64,000 nt of DNA from Verrucomicrobiota bacterium (GTDB lineage: Bacteria > Verrucomicrobiota > Kiritimatiellia > CAIQIC01), in the NCBI GenBank assembly GCA_004321905.1, contig SCQF01000006.1, forward strand, positions 25,410 through 89,409, given 5' to 3'. Made by a program: the position numbers and the translations under genes. Positions within the stretch are counted from its first letter, which is position 1. Each line of letters begins with the position of its first letter. This document shows positions 9,791 to 19,299 of the stretch, piece after piece. The notes below the pieces were generated by a model. That model worked only from the letters and a program-made list of their open reading frames with translations. It had not been told where the DNA came from and did no database searches.

Positions 9791-10882
9791 ATGGAAGCAA
9801 AAATCGTCAGAGTATTTCGGCATGATTTACTGGCGTGGTTTCGGCGGCATCGGCGGGCGTTGCCGTGGCGGACGCGGCGCACGCCCTATCGCGTCTGGAT
9901 TTCCGAGCTGATGCTTCAGCAGACCCGCGTCGAGCAGGCGCGCGATTATTTTCTGCGCTTTATGAAGCGGTTTCCAAATCTGAAAGCGCTGGCGGCGGCG
10001 AGTCAGCAGGACGTGCTCAAGCTCTGGGAGGGTCTCGGTTATTATTCCCGTGCTCGCCGTGCGCATCAGACGGCGCAATGGCTGATCGAAAAATGTAATG
10101 GGAAATTTCCGCGAACATTCGAGGGCCTGCTCGCGCTCCCGGGCATTGGGCCCTATACCGCGGCGGCGGTCGGCAGCCTCGCGTTCAACCTCGATGTGGC
10201 GGTGGTGGATGGCAACGTGGCGCGCGTGCTTTGCCGCGTGTTCGCCTTTGACGGCGATCCGCGCGGCGGGGCTGGCAAAAAAAAGTTGCAGGCCTGGGTG
10301 GATGAACTGCTGCCGCACGGTAGGGCCGGGGCATTCAACGAGTCGCTGATGGAACTTGGGGCACTCTGCTGTACGCCGCGCAAACCGGACTGCCCAAAAT
10401 GTCCACTGCTGAAAACATGCCAAGCCTATGCCGAAGGCCGACCGGAAAATTTTCCGACAAAAACTGCGAAGAAAAAGCTGCCGCACAAAATTGTCGGCGC
10501 GGGCGTGATCGTGAACCGGCACGGCGAATTTTTGATCGCGCAGCGGCACGAACACGAGATGCTCGGCGGGCTGTGGGAATTTCCGGGCGGCAAGCAGGAG
10601 CCGGGCGAAACGATGGAGCAGTGCATTGCCCGCGAATTACGCGAGGAACTTGGGATTCATGTCCGCGTCGGCCCGTGCCTGACAGTGGTGCACCACGCTT
10701 ACAGCCACTTTACGATTGCGCTGCACGCGCATTGGTGCCGGATCGAACGCGGGCGACCGCGGAATTTCCAATGCCTGGAAAACGCGTGGGTGCCCTTTTC
10801 CAAGCTTTGGAAAAAACCATTTTCCCGGGCGGATCTGCACATCATCACCGCGCTCCGCGGCGTGAAACCGCCGAAATTCTAA
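9791..10882 (+). CDS. mutY: A/G-specific adenine glycosylase MutY with C-terminal NUDIX (MutT-like) domain
   Basis: HhH-GPD region (LPGIGPYTAAAV), FeS cluster loop CxxxxxxCxxCxxxxxC, and a NUDIX box (GLWEFPGGKQEPGETMEQCIARELREELG). A degenerate palindromic element lies in frame at 10765-10818. Confidence 0.8.
   Translation: MEAKIVRVFRHDLLAWFRRHRRALPWRTRRTPYRVWISELMLQQTRVEQARDYFLRFMKRFPNLKALAAASQQDVLKLWEGLGYYSRARRAHQTAQWLIEKCNGKFPRTFEGLLALPGIGPYTAAAVGSLAFNLDVAVVDGNVARVLCRVFAFDGDPRGGAGKKKLQAWVDELLPHGRAGAFNESLMELGALCCTPRKPDCPKCPLLKTCQAYAEGRPENFPTKTAKKKLPHKIVGAGVIVNRHGEFLIAQRHEHEMLGGLWEFPGGKQEPGETMEQCIARELREELGIHVRVGPCLTVVHHAYSHFTIALHAHWCRIERGRPRNFQCLENAWVPFSKLWKKPFSRADLHIITALRGVKPPKF
10765..10818. 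repeat. degenerate paired palindromic element inside mutY CDS
   Basis: TTTCCAATGCCTGGAAAAC, 12-bp spacer, then CTTTTCCAAGCTTTGGAAAAAACC. In frame, where it encodes NFQCLENAWVPFSKLWKK. Confidence 0.65.
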
Positions 10883-10906
10883 GCCGACCCCCGGTTATAA
10901 CAGCGG

Positions 10907-11623
10907 TTAGAAGTGGTAGCGTGCGCTGATGCCGAAGCTCGCCTGATCGAAGTAGGTGAGCTGGCCGCCGAGTGAAAGGTTGTGCGAAAGATAGAGGTCC
11001 ACGCCGCCGACAGCACCGAGAAGTTTGTCTTCGCTGAAATCCGCGCTACCGGCGTGTCCGCTAAGTTTGGAAACCGCCGGGCCGCCATAGAGCACGAGGC
11101 TATAGGGATAGCTCTTGATGTCCTTCATTTTCTCAACGAAAAGTTCGTAGTTCAGCGTCAGGTCGGCATAGCCTTCGTTCCAGCGCCAGTCGTCGCCGGA
11201 GCGATACTGCGCGAACTCGGCGACGGTCTGGAAGCTCAAACGGCCTTCCATGAATTCCGGGTCGGTGATGTCGGTGTGCCACCAGTTGAGGCGTGTGCCG
11301 GCGGACCATTTGGCTTTGCCGGTGCCATAGTCGCCGCCGTCCCAACCGGCTTCGCTGCGGCCAAATGTGCCAAACACCATGCACCACGGTGTCAAATCCA
11401 CACCGAGTTGGGCCGAATAAACTTTGGTTTGTAACTGCGCGGTGCCGCCGCCATCGAGCGACACCTTGCGTTTGAGCATTTGATAGTCCACGCCGGCGCT
11501 GACGGGGCCGAGGCTCTCGGCTTCCGTGAGTGAATCGCGCATACCCGCACCGCCCAACGTGGCCGCCGAAGCCCAACCCGTGCTGCCGATTACCAACGCC
11601 GCCAAGAGCAATTTGCTTTTCAT
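10907..11623 (-). CDS. outer-membrane beta-barrel protein (signal peptide, C-terminal Phe)
   Basis: Start MKSKLLLAALVIGSTGWASA. Alternating amphipathic strands and a terminal ...ISARYHF. Confidence 0.45.
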   Translation of the reverse strand: MKSKLLLAALVIGSTGWASAATLGGAGMRDSLTEAESLGPVSAGVDYQMLKRKVSLDGGGTAQLQTKVYSAQLGVDLTPWCMVFGTFGRSEAGWDGGDYGTGKAKWSAGTRLNWWHTDITDPEFMEGRLSFQTVAEFAQYRSGDDWRWNEGYADLTLNYELFVEKMKDIKSYPYSLVLYGGPAVSKLSGHAGSADFSEDKLLGAVGGVDLYLSHNLSLGGQLTYFDQASFGISARYHF

Positions 11624-11706
11624 CGTTGCCTCCGTGTTTCGTCGCCAAGCATGACGGTTAATTTCATAATCCATCTGCGGGGCAAAGTCAATCACGTGTG
11701 CCGCCG

Positions 11707-12057
11707 TCATCCCGTGACCGCATCCGTCTCAGCGCGATAACTGATGACGCGGACTTTTTCTAGCGTCACCAAGCCTGCGCCCATCATTTTGTCGAGTATA
11801 GGTAAGAAGCTCTGAATCTTTTCCTCGCTATCCACGATCTCGATAATCAGCGGAAGGTCCATGGAAAGGCGCAGGATTTTGGCCGTATGCAGGCGGCTCG
11901 ATTTGCCGAAGCCCATCGGGCCGCGCAGTACGGTCGCACCGGCCAAATGCAGTTCGCGCGCCTTGAGGACGATCGCCTCGAAGAGCGGGCGATGTTCCCA
12001 ACGATCGCTTTCGCCGATGAAGATGCGCAGCAACGTCGCGTCATGCGGAATATGCAT
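11707..12057 (-). CDS. DUF190 (PII-like) protein, frequently paired with fluoride exporters
   Basis: 116 aa. The MHIPHDATLLRIFIGESDRWEHRPLFEAIV pattern is typical of DUF190. It lies immediately downstream of crcB. Confidence 0.55.
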   Translation of the reverse strand: MHIPHDATLLRIFIGESDRWEHRPLFEAIVLKARELHLAGATVLRGPMGFGKSSRLHTAKILRLSMDLPLIIEIVDSEEKIQSFLPILDKMMGAGLVTLEKVRVISYRAETDAVTG

Positions 12058-12058
12058 A

Positions 12059-12454
12059 TCAACTCCCTTTCATTGCACCGAGGTTGGCGGCCAGTAGATG
12101 ACCCAGCCAGACGCCCAGCAGGCAGAGCATCACTGAGAGGAGGATGTTGGCACCAGCGCGGAACCATTCGCCGTCCTGCAACTGCGCCAACGTTTGCAGG
12201 CTGAAGGCGGAGAACGTGGTGTAGCCGCCGCAAATGCCGATCATGAAAAATGTACGGAACGAAGGCCCGACGAACCAACGGCCATCGGGGCCGGTGTAGG
12301 TGGCGAAGAAGCCGATGATGAACGAGCCACTGACGTTGACGAGTAGCGTGCCCCACGGGAACGTTTCGCCGACATGGCGGACGATGACGCCCGACAGAAT
12401 ATAACGCAGGATGCTGCCGAGGCCGCCGCCAAAAAATACCCAGAGATAATTCAT
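12059..12454 (-). CDS. crcB: fluoride ion channel CrcB/Fluc
   Basis: Start MNYLWVFFGGGLGSILRY, four TM helices, and the GGxTTFSxF motif (GGYTTFSAFS). Confidence 0.8.
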   Translation of the reverse strand: MNYLWVFFGGGLGSILRYILSGVIVRHVGETFPWGTLLVNVSGSFIIGFFATYTGPDGRWFVGPSFRTFFMIGICGGYTTFSAFSLQTLAQLQDGEWFRAGANILLSVMLCLLGVWLGHLLAANLGAMKGS

Positions 12455-12516
12455 AAAACCCGCTGCGGCGCTACCGTAGCGGGCGCGAGCACAGACGTCA
12501 ACGCTGCGGCGCGGCG

Positions 12517-12538
12517 GGTTTTCCAAGGCTTGGAAAAA
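12517..12538. repeat. single palindromic element, upstream of crcB
   Basis: GGTTTTCCAAGGCTTGGAAAAA, between the M48 peptidase stop and the crcB start. Confidence 0.75.
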
Positions 12539-12542
12539 TCAT

Positions 12543-13409
12543 TCAACGCACCGGTGCATCAGCCGGCGGAGCGTAATCAGCCGGATAGCCGCCGTGGACT
12601 TTCGCGTATTCGGCCATCGCGGCGGGCAGCAGTTTTTGCAGCGCCTCGTAGCGCGCTTTGTCGGACGGATGATCGGAGAAAAACGCGTTGAAACCACCGC
12701 CGATGGCGTCGCCATGATTCCCGTTCTGTTGCATGGCGCGCTGCCAGATGCGCGGTGCGGCGCGCGGATCGTAGCCGGCTTTGGCCATATACATCAGCCC
12801 GACGGCGTCGGCCTGCGCCTCATCCTTGCGCGAATAGGCCGGCAGCAGCAAGGCACCGCTGACGGTAAAGCCGGCTGCGAGGACTTGCGCCCAATCCTGT
12901 TGATCCTTTGCTTCCAACACCGCCACGCCAATTTCGGCAATGACCACGACCGGCGTCACGACGCTCATTCGCCGCGTGGTGTGACGACAGTTGACATGCG
13001 CGAGTTCGTGCCCCATGACAGCGGCCAGTTCATCTTCATCGCGCACGAGGCCTTTCTTCCGATCATAGAGGCCCTCGAAAACCATCATCGGCCCACCGGG
13101 AAACGCGGCGGCGTTGACGATGTTGGTGTGGAAGAGCGTCACGCTGTAGGGCAAATTGGGATAGTGGGTGACCGCGCCTAATCTCCGGATGATTCCGTTC
13201 AGTTGCGCCGTTTTTTCAGGGTCGGCATTGAGACGCACGTGCTGCTTCTGCATTTGTTTGACGTTCGCAGCCATGCCTTGTGTGCCGATTTTGATATCGT
13301 CATCAAGGGTATAAATGTTGTAGGCCGACTTGCCCGTCACCGGATCCGTCGCACAGCCGGTCAAACTGACGAGTACCAGCAGTAAAATGTATTGAAGTAA
13401 TCTCTTCAC
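12543..13409 (-). CDS. M48 family zinc metallopeptidase lipoprotein
   Basis: Signal peptide with lipobox (LVSLTGC) and HExxH (GHELAHV). Confidence 0.7.
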   Translation of the reverse strand: MKRLLQYILLLVLVSLTGCATDPVTGKSAYNIYTLDDDIKIGTQGMAANVKQMQKQHVRLNADPEKTAQLNGIIRRLGAVTHYPNLPYSVTLFHTNIVNAAAFPGGPMMVFEGLYDRKKGLVRDEDELAAVMGHELAHVNCRHTTRRMSVVTPVVVIAEIGVAVLEAKDQQDWAQVLAAGFTVSGALLLPAYSRKDEAQADAVGLMYMAKAGYDPRAAPRIWQRAMQQNGNHGDAIGGGFNAFFSDHPSDKARYEALQKLLPAAMAEYAKVHGGYPADYAPPADAPVR

Positions 13410-14860
13410 GGTACGGACTTGAAGACCAAATCCATATTTTTCGCGGCGGCAACTTCGTCGAGGCGCCCGACCGGCGTGGTCACCGGCGCGTGATGCAAAG
13501 CGTCAGGATCACGTTTGGCAAGCTCCAGCACTTCGCTGACGGACCGCGCAAAACCGTCGAGCGTCTCGCGGCTCTCGCTCTCGGTCGGCTCGACCATGAA
13601 CGCTTCGGAGACGTTGAGCGGGAAGTAGATCGTCGGTGGATGAATGCCGCGGTCAATCAGCGCCTTGGCCAAGTCCAAGGTGTGGACGCCGTGTGCCTTG
13701 AGCGGCTCGCCGGAGAACACGCACTCGTGCATACACCGCCCCGGCGCGACGGCCTTCAGCCATGGCCGCAGCTTTTCCTGGAGATAATTGGCGTTAAGCA
13801 CCGCAGCGTCGCTGGTCTCGCGCAAGCCCTCCCGTCCGAGCATGAGCAGATAGGCATAGGCGCGAATGATGATGCCAAAATTACCGTAGAACGGCGCAAT
13901 GTAACCGATGCTCCTGGGTTCGTCGTAGTTCAGAGAAAAGGTGCCATCGGAACGTTTGACGATGCGCGAAACCGGCAGGAAAGGGCGCAATTTTTCGACC
14001 ACGCCGACCGGCCCGGAGCCGGGCCCACCACCGCCATGCGGTGTGGAAAAACTTTTGTGTAAATTGAGTTGGCAAAGATCAAAGCCGATCTTACCGGGTT
14101 TCACGCGTCCGAGGATCGCGTTGAGATTCGCGCCGTCGTAATACATCAGCCCATCCACGCCATGGATGATTTCGGCAATTTCCTTGAGATGATCCACGAA
14201 CAGGCCGAGCGTCGAGGGACAAGTCAGCATCAGGCCGGCGGTTTCCGCATTCACCGCCTTGCGGAGCGCATCCAAGTGCATATTGCCCTGCGCGTCGGAG
14301 GGCACGGTGCATACGTCATAGCCGGCAATCGCGGCGCTCGCCGGGTTGGTGCCGTGGGCCGAATCGGGGATCAGAATATGCGTTTTCTTATTGCCCCGAT
14401 CGCGGTGATAGGCCGCCATAATCATGCAGCCGGTCAGCTCGCCATGCGCGCCGGCGAGCGGCTGGAGCGTGAACTCCGCCATGCCGCAAATCTCGACCAA
14501 CAGACGTTCGGTTTCGTAAAGCAGTTGCAGCGCGCCCTGCGTCAACAGACCGCCGTGCCGAAGCTGCGGCCAGAGCGGATGCAGGCCGGCGAGGCCCGGC
14601 AGCGCGGCGGCAGTTTCGCACGCCTTCGGATTATATTTCATCGTGCAGGAACCGAGCGGATAGAAATGCGTATCCACCGAAAAATTGCGGCGGCTGAGCG
14701 CTGTGTAATGCCGTACGACATCCAGCTCGCTCAACTCCGGCAGTTCCGCAGCTTGCGCACGGAGCAGTTGCCGGTTGATGCGCGGTTGGGCGTCGTCGCG
14801 CCGCGTCGGCAATTGCACCGCCCGCCGACCCGCCACGCTTTTTTCATAAATCAATTGCAT
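13406..14860 (-). CDS. gcvPB: glycine dehydrogenase (decarboxylating) subunit 2
   Basis: PLP-dependent P-protein C-terminal half (...NLHKSFSTPHGGGGPG...). Start probably MQLIYEK. Confidence 0.85.
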   Translation of the reverse strand: MQLIYEKSVAGRRAVQLPTRRDDAQPRINRQLLRAQAAELPELSELDVVRHYTALSRRNFSVDTHFYPLGSCTMKYNPKACETAAALPGLAGLHPLWPQLRHGGLLTQGALQLLYETERLLVEICGMAEFTLQPLAGAHGELTGCMIMAAYHRDRGNKKTHILIPDSAHGTNPASAAIAGYDVCTVPSDAQGNMHLDALRKAVNAETAGLMLTCPSTLGLFVDHLKEIAEIIHGVDGLMYYDGANLNAILGRVKPGKIGFDLCQLNLHKSFSTPHGGGGPGSGPVGVVEKLRPFLPVSRIVKRSDGTFSLNYDEPRSIGYIAPFYGNFGIIIRAYAYLLMLGREGLRETSDAAVLNANYLQEKLRPWLKAVAPGRCMHECVFSGEPLKAHGVHTLDLAKALIDRGIHPPTIYFPLNVSEAFMVEPTESESRETLDGFARSVSEVLELAKRDPDALHHAPVTTPVGRLDEVAAAKNMDLVFKSVP

Positions 14861-14903
14861 GTTCACCTCAAATTTTTGAACAAAAGTTAACAAAGAAACA
14901 AAG

Positions 14904-15290
14904 TTATGCTTGGTTGGCTCCCGGAAGTATCAGGCGGTTCAAACCCGCAGTAAGCATCGGCTCATGAAAGTTAATCAGTAAACCCAAGGGGACATCCATC
15001 ATTTTCATATAACTCAACACAACGGCTTTATGCACCGGCAAGATCGTCTCTACCGCCTTGAGCTCCACCAAAATATCCAACCGTAGCGCCTCCTCGAAAA
15101 CGCAGCCCTTGTATTCCAACGGAACTACAACTTGCTTTTCCGTAGGAATCTTCTGGAGTTCCAATTCTCGCAACAGACACTTCTCGTAGACGCTCTCCAA
15201 CAATCCGGGACCTACCGTTTTATGCACTTCGATGGCCGCACCAATTACCGCATGGCTCCATTGATCGGCCTTTTGGAACTTCGAATGCAT
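14904..15290 (-). CDS. GxxExxY family protein (PD-(D/E)xK-like)
   Basis: 128 aa with HAVIGAAIEVHKTVGPGLLESVYEKCL, the GxxExxY signature. Local GC is about 48% against about 63% in the flanks. Confidence 0.7.
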   Translation of the reverse strand: MHSKFQKADQWSHAVIGAAIEVHKTVGPGLLESVYEKCLLRELELQKIPTEKQVVVPLEYKGCVFEEALRLDILVELKAVETILPVHKAVVLSYMKMMDVPLGLLINFHEPMLTAGLNRLILPGANQA

Positions 15291-15324
15291 CTCTTCTTCG
15301 TTCCTTCGTTACCTTCTGTTCCAA

Positions 15325-16665
15325 TCAGAGCGTATTTTCCAGTTTTGCCGCGAGGATATCCACTTCGGCCTTGGTGCGCTGCTCGGTGCAGGCCACTAGC
15401 AGCACGTTCTGCATACCGGCATAATAGCGGCCCACCGGAAATCCGGCGGCAATGCCCTGATCAATCAGCGCGCTGACGACTTCGGCGGCGTCGCGCGACA
15501 ACGCGAGCGCGAACTCATTGAAGAAATAACGGCCCGGAAAAGCCGGATGCACGCCGGGAATGTTATGCAGCCGCTCATAGGCGTAGGCGGCGCGCACCGC
15601 ACACTGGCGCGCCGCTTCGACAAAACCTTGCTTACCCATCAGCGCCAGATAAATCGTCGCCCGCAAGGCGCACAGCGACTCGTTCGTACAAATGTTACTC
15701 ATCGCCTTCTCGCGGCGGATGTGCTGCTCGCGCGCTTGGAGCGTGAGCACAAAGCCGCGCCGCCCCTGCGCGTCGTGCGTCGCGCCGACGATCCGGCCCG
15801 GCATTTTGCGCACGTGGGCCTTGCGCGTGGCCATAAAGCCGAGATAAGGCCCGCCGAACGAGAGCGGCAGGCCGAGGCTCTGGCCTTCGCCGGTGACCAC
15901 GTCCGCACCCATCACGCCCGGCGTCTTGACAATGCCGAGCGACATTGGATAGACGGAAAACACCGCCAGCGCGCCGACGCCGTGTGCGGCTTCCACCAGA
16001 TCGGTCAAGTCATCAAGACAGCCGAAGAAATTCGGATTTTGTACCAGCACCGCCGCAATAGATTTATCGAGCTTCTGTCGAAATGTGGCGCGGTCAGCCA
16101 AACCGTCAGCCAGCGGAATTTCCTCATAGGCAATGGAGAGGTTGCGGGTGTAGCAACGCAACATCGTGCGGTAGATTGGATTGACGCCTTCATCCACCAG
16201 CACCTTGTTGCGACCCGTGATGCGCAGCGCCATCATCAACCCCTCGAACAGCGCCGTGCCGCCGTCATAGAGCGACGCGTTCGCCGCCTCCATATCGGTC
16301 AGCCGCGCAATAGCGGTCTGGAACTCATAGATTGACTGCAAGGTGCCCTGCGACGCCTCCGGCTGATACGGCGTGTAGGCCGTGAAAAATTCGCCGCGGC
16401 TCGTGAGCGCGTCCACCGCCGACGGGATGAAATGGTCATAGAAACCGCCGCCGCAAAAATTGGTCAGCGTAGAATTCTTTGCCGCCAACGCGCGCAACGT
16501 TTGGAGCATTTCCAACTCCGAACGGCCCTCCGGCACGTTGAAATCTGCGGTCTGATATTCCACCGGCACGTCGGCAAATAATTCATCGAAGCCCCTGGCT
16601 CCGATCCCCGCCAACATGGCCTGCTGCTCTTCACGACCTGAACCCAAAAACGTAGTATGTGACAT
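15325..16665 (-). CDS. gcvPA: glycine dehydrogenase (decarboxylating) subunit 1
   Basis: P-protein N-terminal half. Likely start MSHTTFLGSG; the upstream residues of the track ORF run into the repeat element at 16724. Confidence 0.85.
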   Translation of the reverse strand: MSHTTFLGSGREEQQAMLAGIGARGFDELFADVPVEYQTADFNVPEGRSELEMLQTLRALAAKNSTLTNFCGGGFYDHFIPSAVDALTSRGEFFTAYTPYQPEASQGTLQSIYEFQTAIARLTDMEAANASLYDGGTALFEGLMMALRITGRNKVLVDEGVNPIYRTMLRCYTRNLSIAYEEIPLADGLADRATFRQKLDKSIAAVLVQNPNFFGCLDDLTDLVEAAHGVGALAVFSVYPMSLGIVKTPGVMGADVVTGEGQSLGLPLSFGGPYLGFMATRKAHVRKMPGRIVGATHDAQGRRGFVLTLQAREQHIRREKAMSNICTNESLCALRATIYLALMGKQGFVEAARQCAVRAAYAYERLHNIPGVHPAFPGRYFFNEFALALSRDAAEVVSALIDQGIAAGFPVGRYYAGMQNVLLVACTEQRTKAEVDILAAKLENTL

Positions 16666-16723
16666 GGTGTGCTCCCGCGCAACGCGGCGGAAGTTTACAC
16701 CACGCCCTCCTAAAAATCGAACA

Positions 16724-16743
16724 GTTTCCAAGGCTTGGAAAAG
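16724..16743. repeat. single palindromic element, upstream of gcvPA
   Basis: GTTTCCAAGGCTTGGAAAAG. Confidence 0.75.
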
Positions 16744-16755
16744 CGGCCGCTGCGC

Positions 16756-19299
16756 TCAGTCGAATTGCAAAAAGAGTTCCTTCGGCAGGTTGAGCGGGCG
16801 CCAGCGCGGGTCGTCGAGCGTGCCCAGCAGCTTGAGTTCCAGCAGCTTGGTCACCGGGAAGGTGACGGCCCGCAGGATTTCGGCCAGCGCGCCGCTCCGC
16901 AAAAGCTGGAGCTGCGCTTGAAAATCCAATTCGTTGTTGAAGCGATATTCGCCGCGGCCGGTGAGGCTAAGGACGGCACCTTTGATATTGATATCCTCGG
17001 AGCGCAACCGGCCATCGCCAATGGTGAAGGGCAGGTGGAGTTCGGTTTGCGAGAGATAGCCCAGGCCCGGATAGATTTTGCTGAGGAGCTTGGAGAGTCC
17101 GCCAAACAGTCGCACTTGGAAGATCGAGCCGTTGTGGATATAGACCTCGCCTGCGCCCGTCACGGACTGCCACGGCTCCAGCGAACCGGCGAAATGCGCC
17201 TGCCCGATCAGCGAGCCAGTCATGGTGCCGTTGGTCGGCGCGCTTCCACCCGTCGCGGGACGTAACAAGTCGCAGACGCGGGCGAAATCAGCGTTCGTGA
17301 GCACTACCGTGGCGGTGTAGTGGCAATTGGTCAGCGTTTCCACATCGCTGAAATCTGCCGCGCCGTGGAACGGCCCGCCACAAAAAACGCCATGAACGTT
17401 GGTGAAGGTGAAGTGCGCGCCGACGGCCAGCAGGTCAAAGCTGGCATGATCTGCCACCAACCGTCGCCACCCCATGCGTTCGCCTTCGGCGTTGACGTGG
17501 AGATCGGTGCCGGCGAGCGTAGGCCCCACCGACACCCGGCCGTTGACGGCCACCCGCACTGGCCCTTGGAAAACAAATTTCCGTATGATTTTCTCCAACG
17601 CCGGCGCAATCATATGCGCCACCGCGTAGGGTGAAGCGACCCCGTTGGCGTCCAGTTCGATCAGGTCGTCGTCCATGTTATACGTCACATGTCCCCGCGC
17701 ATAACCGTCTTCCCGAATCACCTGGGCGTCGGGCAAATCAAGCACCCCGTGAGCCTCCTGAAAAGCGGAAGTGGCCAGCACCACCCGTTCGTCGCGGAAC
17801 GTGAAATCGGTGGCGGCGATACGACCGGTGACCACCAGTTGGTTGGGATCACTCAACGTACCCTTCACACCGACATCGGTGACCGGTGGCTGGCTGTTGA
17901 ATTGCATCAAGGCGATCACATTGGAAAGACCGGCGCCCATCACGGGAAAAAGCGCGTGGGGGTCAAAAGTGGTATGCGCCTGCCCCGAGAAGGCCTGCGT
18001 TTGAAGGTGCAAAGCGAAGTGACCATCCAATTTGCCGCGCTGCCGGCCCTCGCCAACTTCCGCGACGACATTGGTGAGCGTCACGGCATCGCCGTCACGG
18101 TGGAATTGCAGGCGCAGCTGGGGTAGCGGCACGCCGGACGCAACCATGTTTTTGGCGCGGCAGGAGCCCGCGATGTGTTCCACCAGATGTTCCACCGGCG
18201 CAGGGCCGAGGTTGAGCGTCATGCTCGCGGGCCCGTGCACCAACACACCACTATTCGTGTAGGCCTGCTGCCAGGCGGAGGGTAATACGGCCAGCACCTG
18301 ACTCACCGGCAGATCGCAATACACATGGGCCCAAGCTTGACGTGGTAGATCGAGATTGATCCCGCCACGAGCGACCAAACGTTGCTGATCCTGCTGCACG
18401 GTTGCGGCGGCCTGAATCACCGCGCCGGTGGTGCTGACCTCAGCCTGCCACGGGGAAAAACGTACACCACGAAATTCCGCCGCATTACCACGCCAGACGG
18501 CATGGATGATATTGGACGTTGACGCCGCGCGGCACAGCATGAAATCAAAATCGAGCGTCGGCACGTCGGCCATCACCACGGATTGCCGGAACTCCAACAC
18601 CGGCGCGAGCCACGCCGGTTCCTGACGGCGCAAGGGGTCCAGCGCTTGGGCCAAATCCACTTTTTGCGGAGAAACCGTCGGCCCGGTGAACGCATCGCGA
18701 ACCAAGCCGTGCCCGCGCCACGAGACACCGAACGTGTCGCAAACCCAGTCGCTCAAGCGCAGATTGCCACCTTCCACACGCAATCGCGCATGGATATTGC
18801 TCACGGTCAAACAGGGCAGATGCGGATAACCAAGGATCAAACAGGCCGTGCCATTTCGAATGCTGACGGAACGGATACCATGTTCACCGCGCCGCCAATC
18901 GCGTGGATCGAAAAAGATGCGCAGCTTTTCCGCCGCGAGCAGCGGTTGCGCAGCCTTGGGCAATTCATAGAGCGCCACGTCCTCGAAAGCGAGACCGTTG
19001 AAAATATCCAGCCGCGCCTGGCCGACGCGCAGATAGATGCCGTGTTGGCCCAGTTCATCCAGCGCGCGATTGAGCCAGGGACGCGGCAACCCCCACACGC
19101 TCAGCCAGATGATAGCCAGCACGAGCAGGATGGCGGCCCATTTCAGGACAAAGATGGCCGCATGAAACAGACAACCGCAGGTGGCACAAAAGCGATGAAA
19201 GCGCCAGCGCAGCAAAAAAAAGCGGCCGGAGAGCGAGCGCTTAGCGCCCTGCTCCGGTTCCGGCGGCGTTGGTTGTGGTGGTGGCACGCACGGCCTCAT
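16756..19299 (-). CDS. AsmA-like / TamB-like large envelope protein with N-terminal TM anchor
   Basis: 847 aa. N-terminal hydrophobic anchor (AAIFVLKWAAILLVLAIIWLSVW) followed by a long beta-rich periplasmic region. The 5-prime end is uncertain because it overlaps the DUF4340 gene. Confidence 0.4.
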   Translation of the reverse strand: MRPCVPPPQPTPPEPEQGAKRSLSGRFFLLRWRFHRFCATCGCLFHAAIFVLKWAAILLVLAIIWLSVWGLPRPWLNRALDELGQHGIYLRVGQARLDIFNGLAFEDVALYELPKAAQPLLAAEKLRIFFDPRDWRRGEHGIRSVSIRNGTACLILGYPHLPCLTVSNIHARLRVEGGNLRLSDWVCDTFGVSWRGHGLVRDAFTGPTVSPQKVDLAQALDPLRRQEPAWLAPVLEFRQSVVMADVPTLDFDFMLCRAASTSNIIHAVWRGNAAEFRGVRFSPWQAEVSTTGAVIQAAATVQQDQQRLVARGGINLDLPRQAWAHVYCDLPVSQVLAVLPSAWQQAYTNSGVLVHGPASMTLNLGPAPVEHLVEHIAGSCRAKNMVASGVPLPQLRLQFHRDGDAVTLTNVVAEVGEGRQRGKLDGHFALHLQTQAFSGQAHTTFDPHALFPVMGAGLSNVIALMQFNSQPPVTDVGVKGTLSDPNQLVVTGRIAATDFTFRDERVVLATSAFQEAHGVLDLPDAQVIREDGYARGHVTYNMDDDLIELDANGVASPYAVAHMIAPALEKIIRKFVFQGPVRVAVNGRVSVGPTLAGTDLHVNAEGERMGWRRLVADHASFDLLAVGAHFTFTNVHGVFCGGPFHGAADFSDVETLTNCHYTATVVLTNADFARVCDLLRPATGGSAPTNGTMTGSLIGQAHFAGSLEPWQSVTGAGEVYIHNGSIFQVRLFGGLSKLLSKIYPGLGYLSQTELHLPFTIGDGRLRSEDINIKGAVLSLTGRGEYRFNNELDFQAQLQLLRSGALAEILRAVTFPVTKLLELKLLGTLDDPRWRPLNLPKELFLQFD

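Noticed and set aside
12455-12542. Possible fluoride riboswitch upstream of crcB
   Set aside because: I read the 88-nt leader on the coding strand. It contains a palindromic element and a GC-rich hairpin, but I could not find the conserved crcB-motif pseudoknot core. It is not called, though an Rfam search would settle it.
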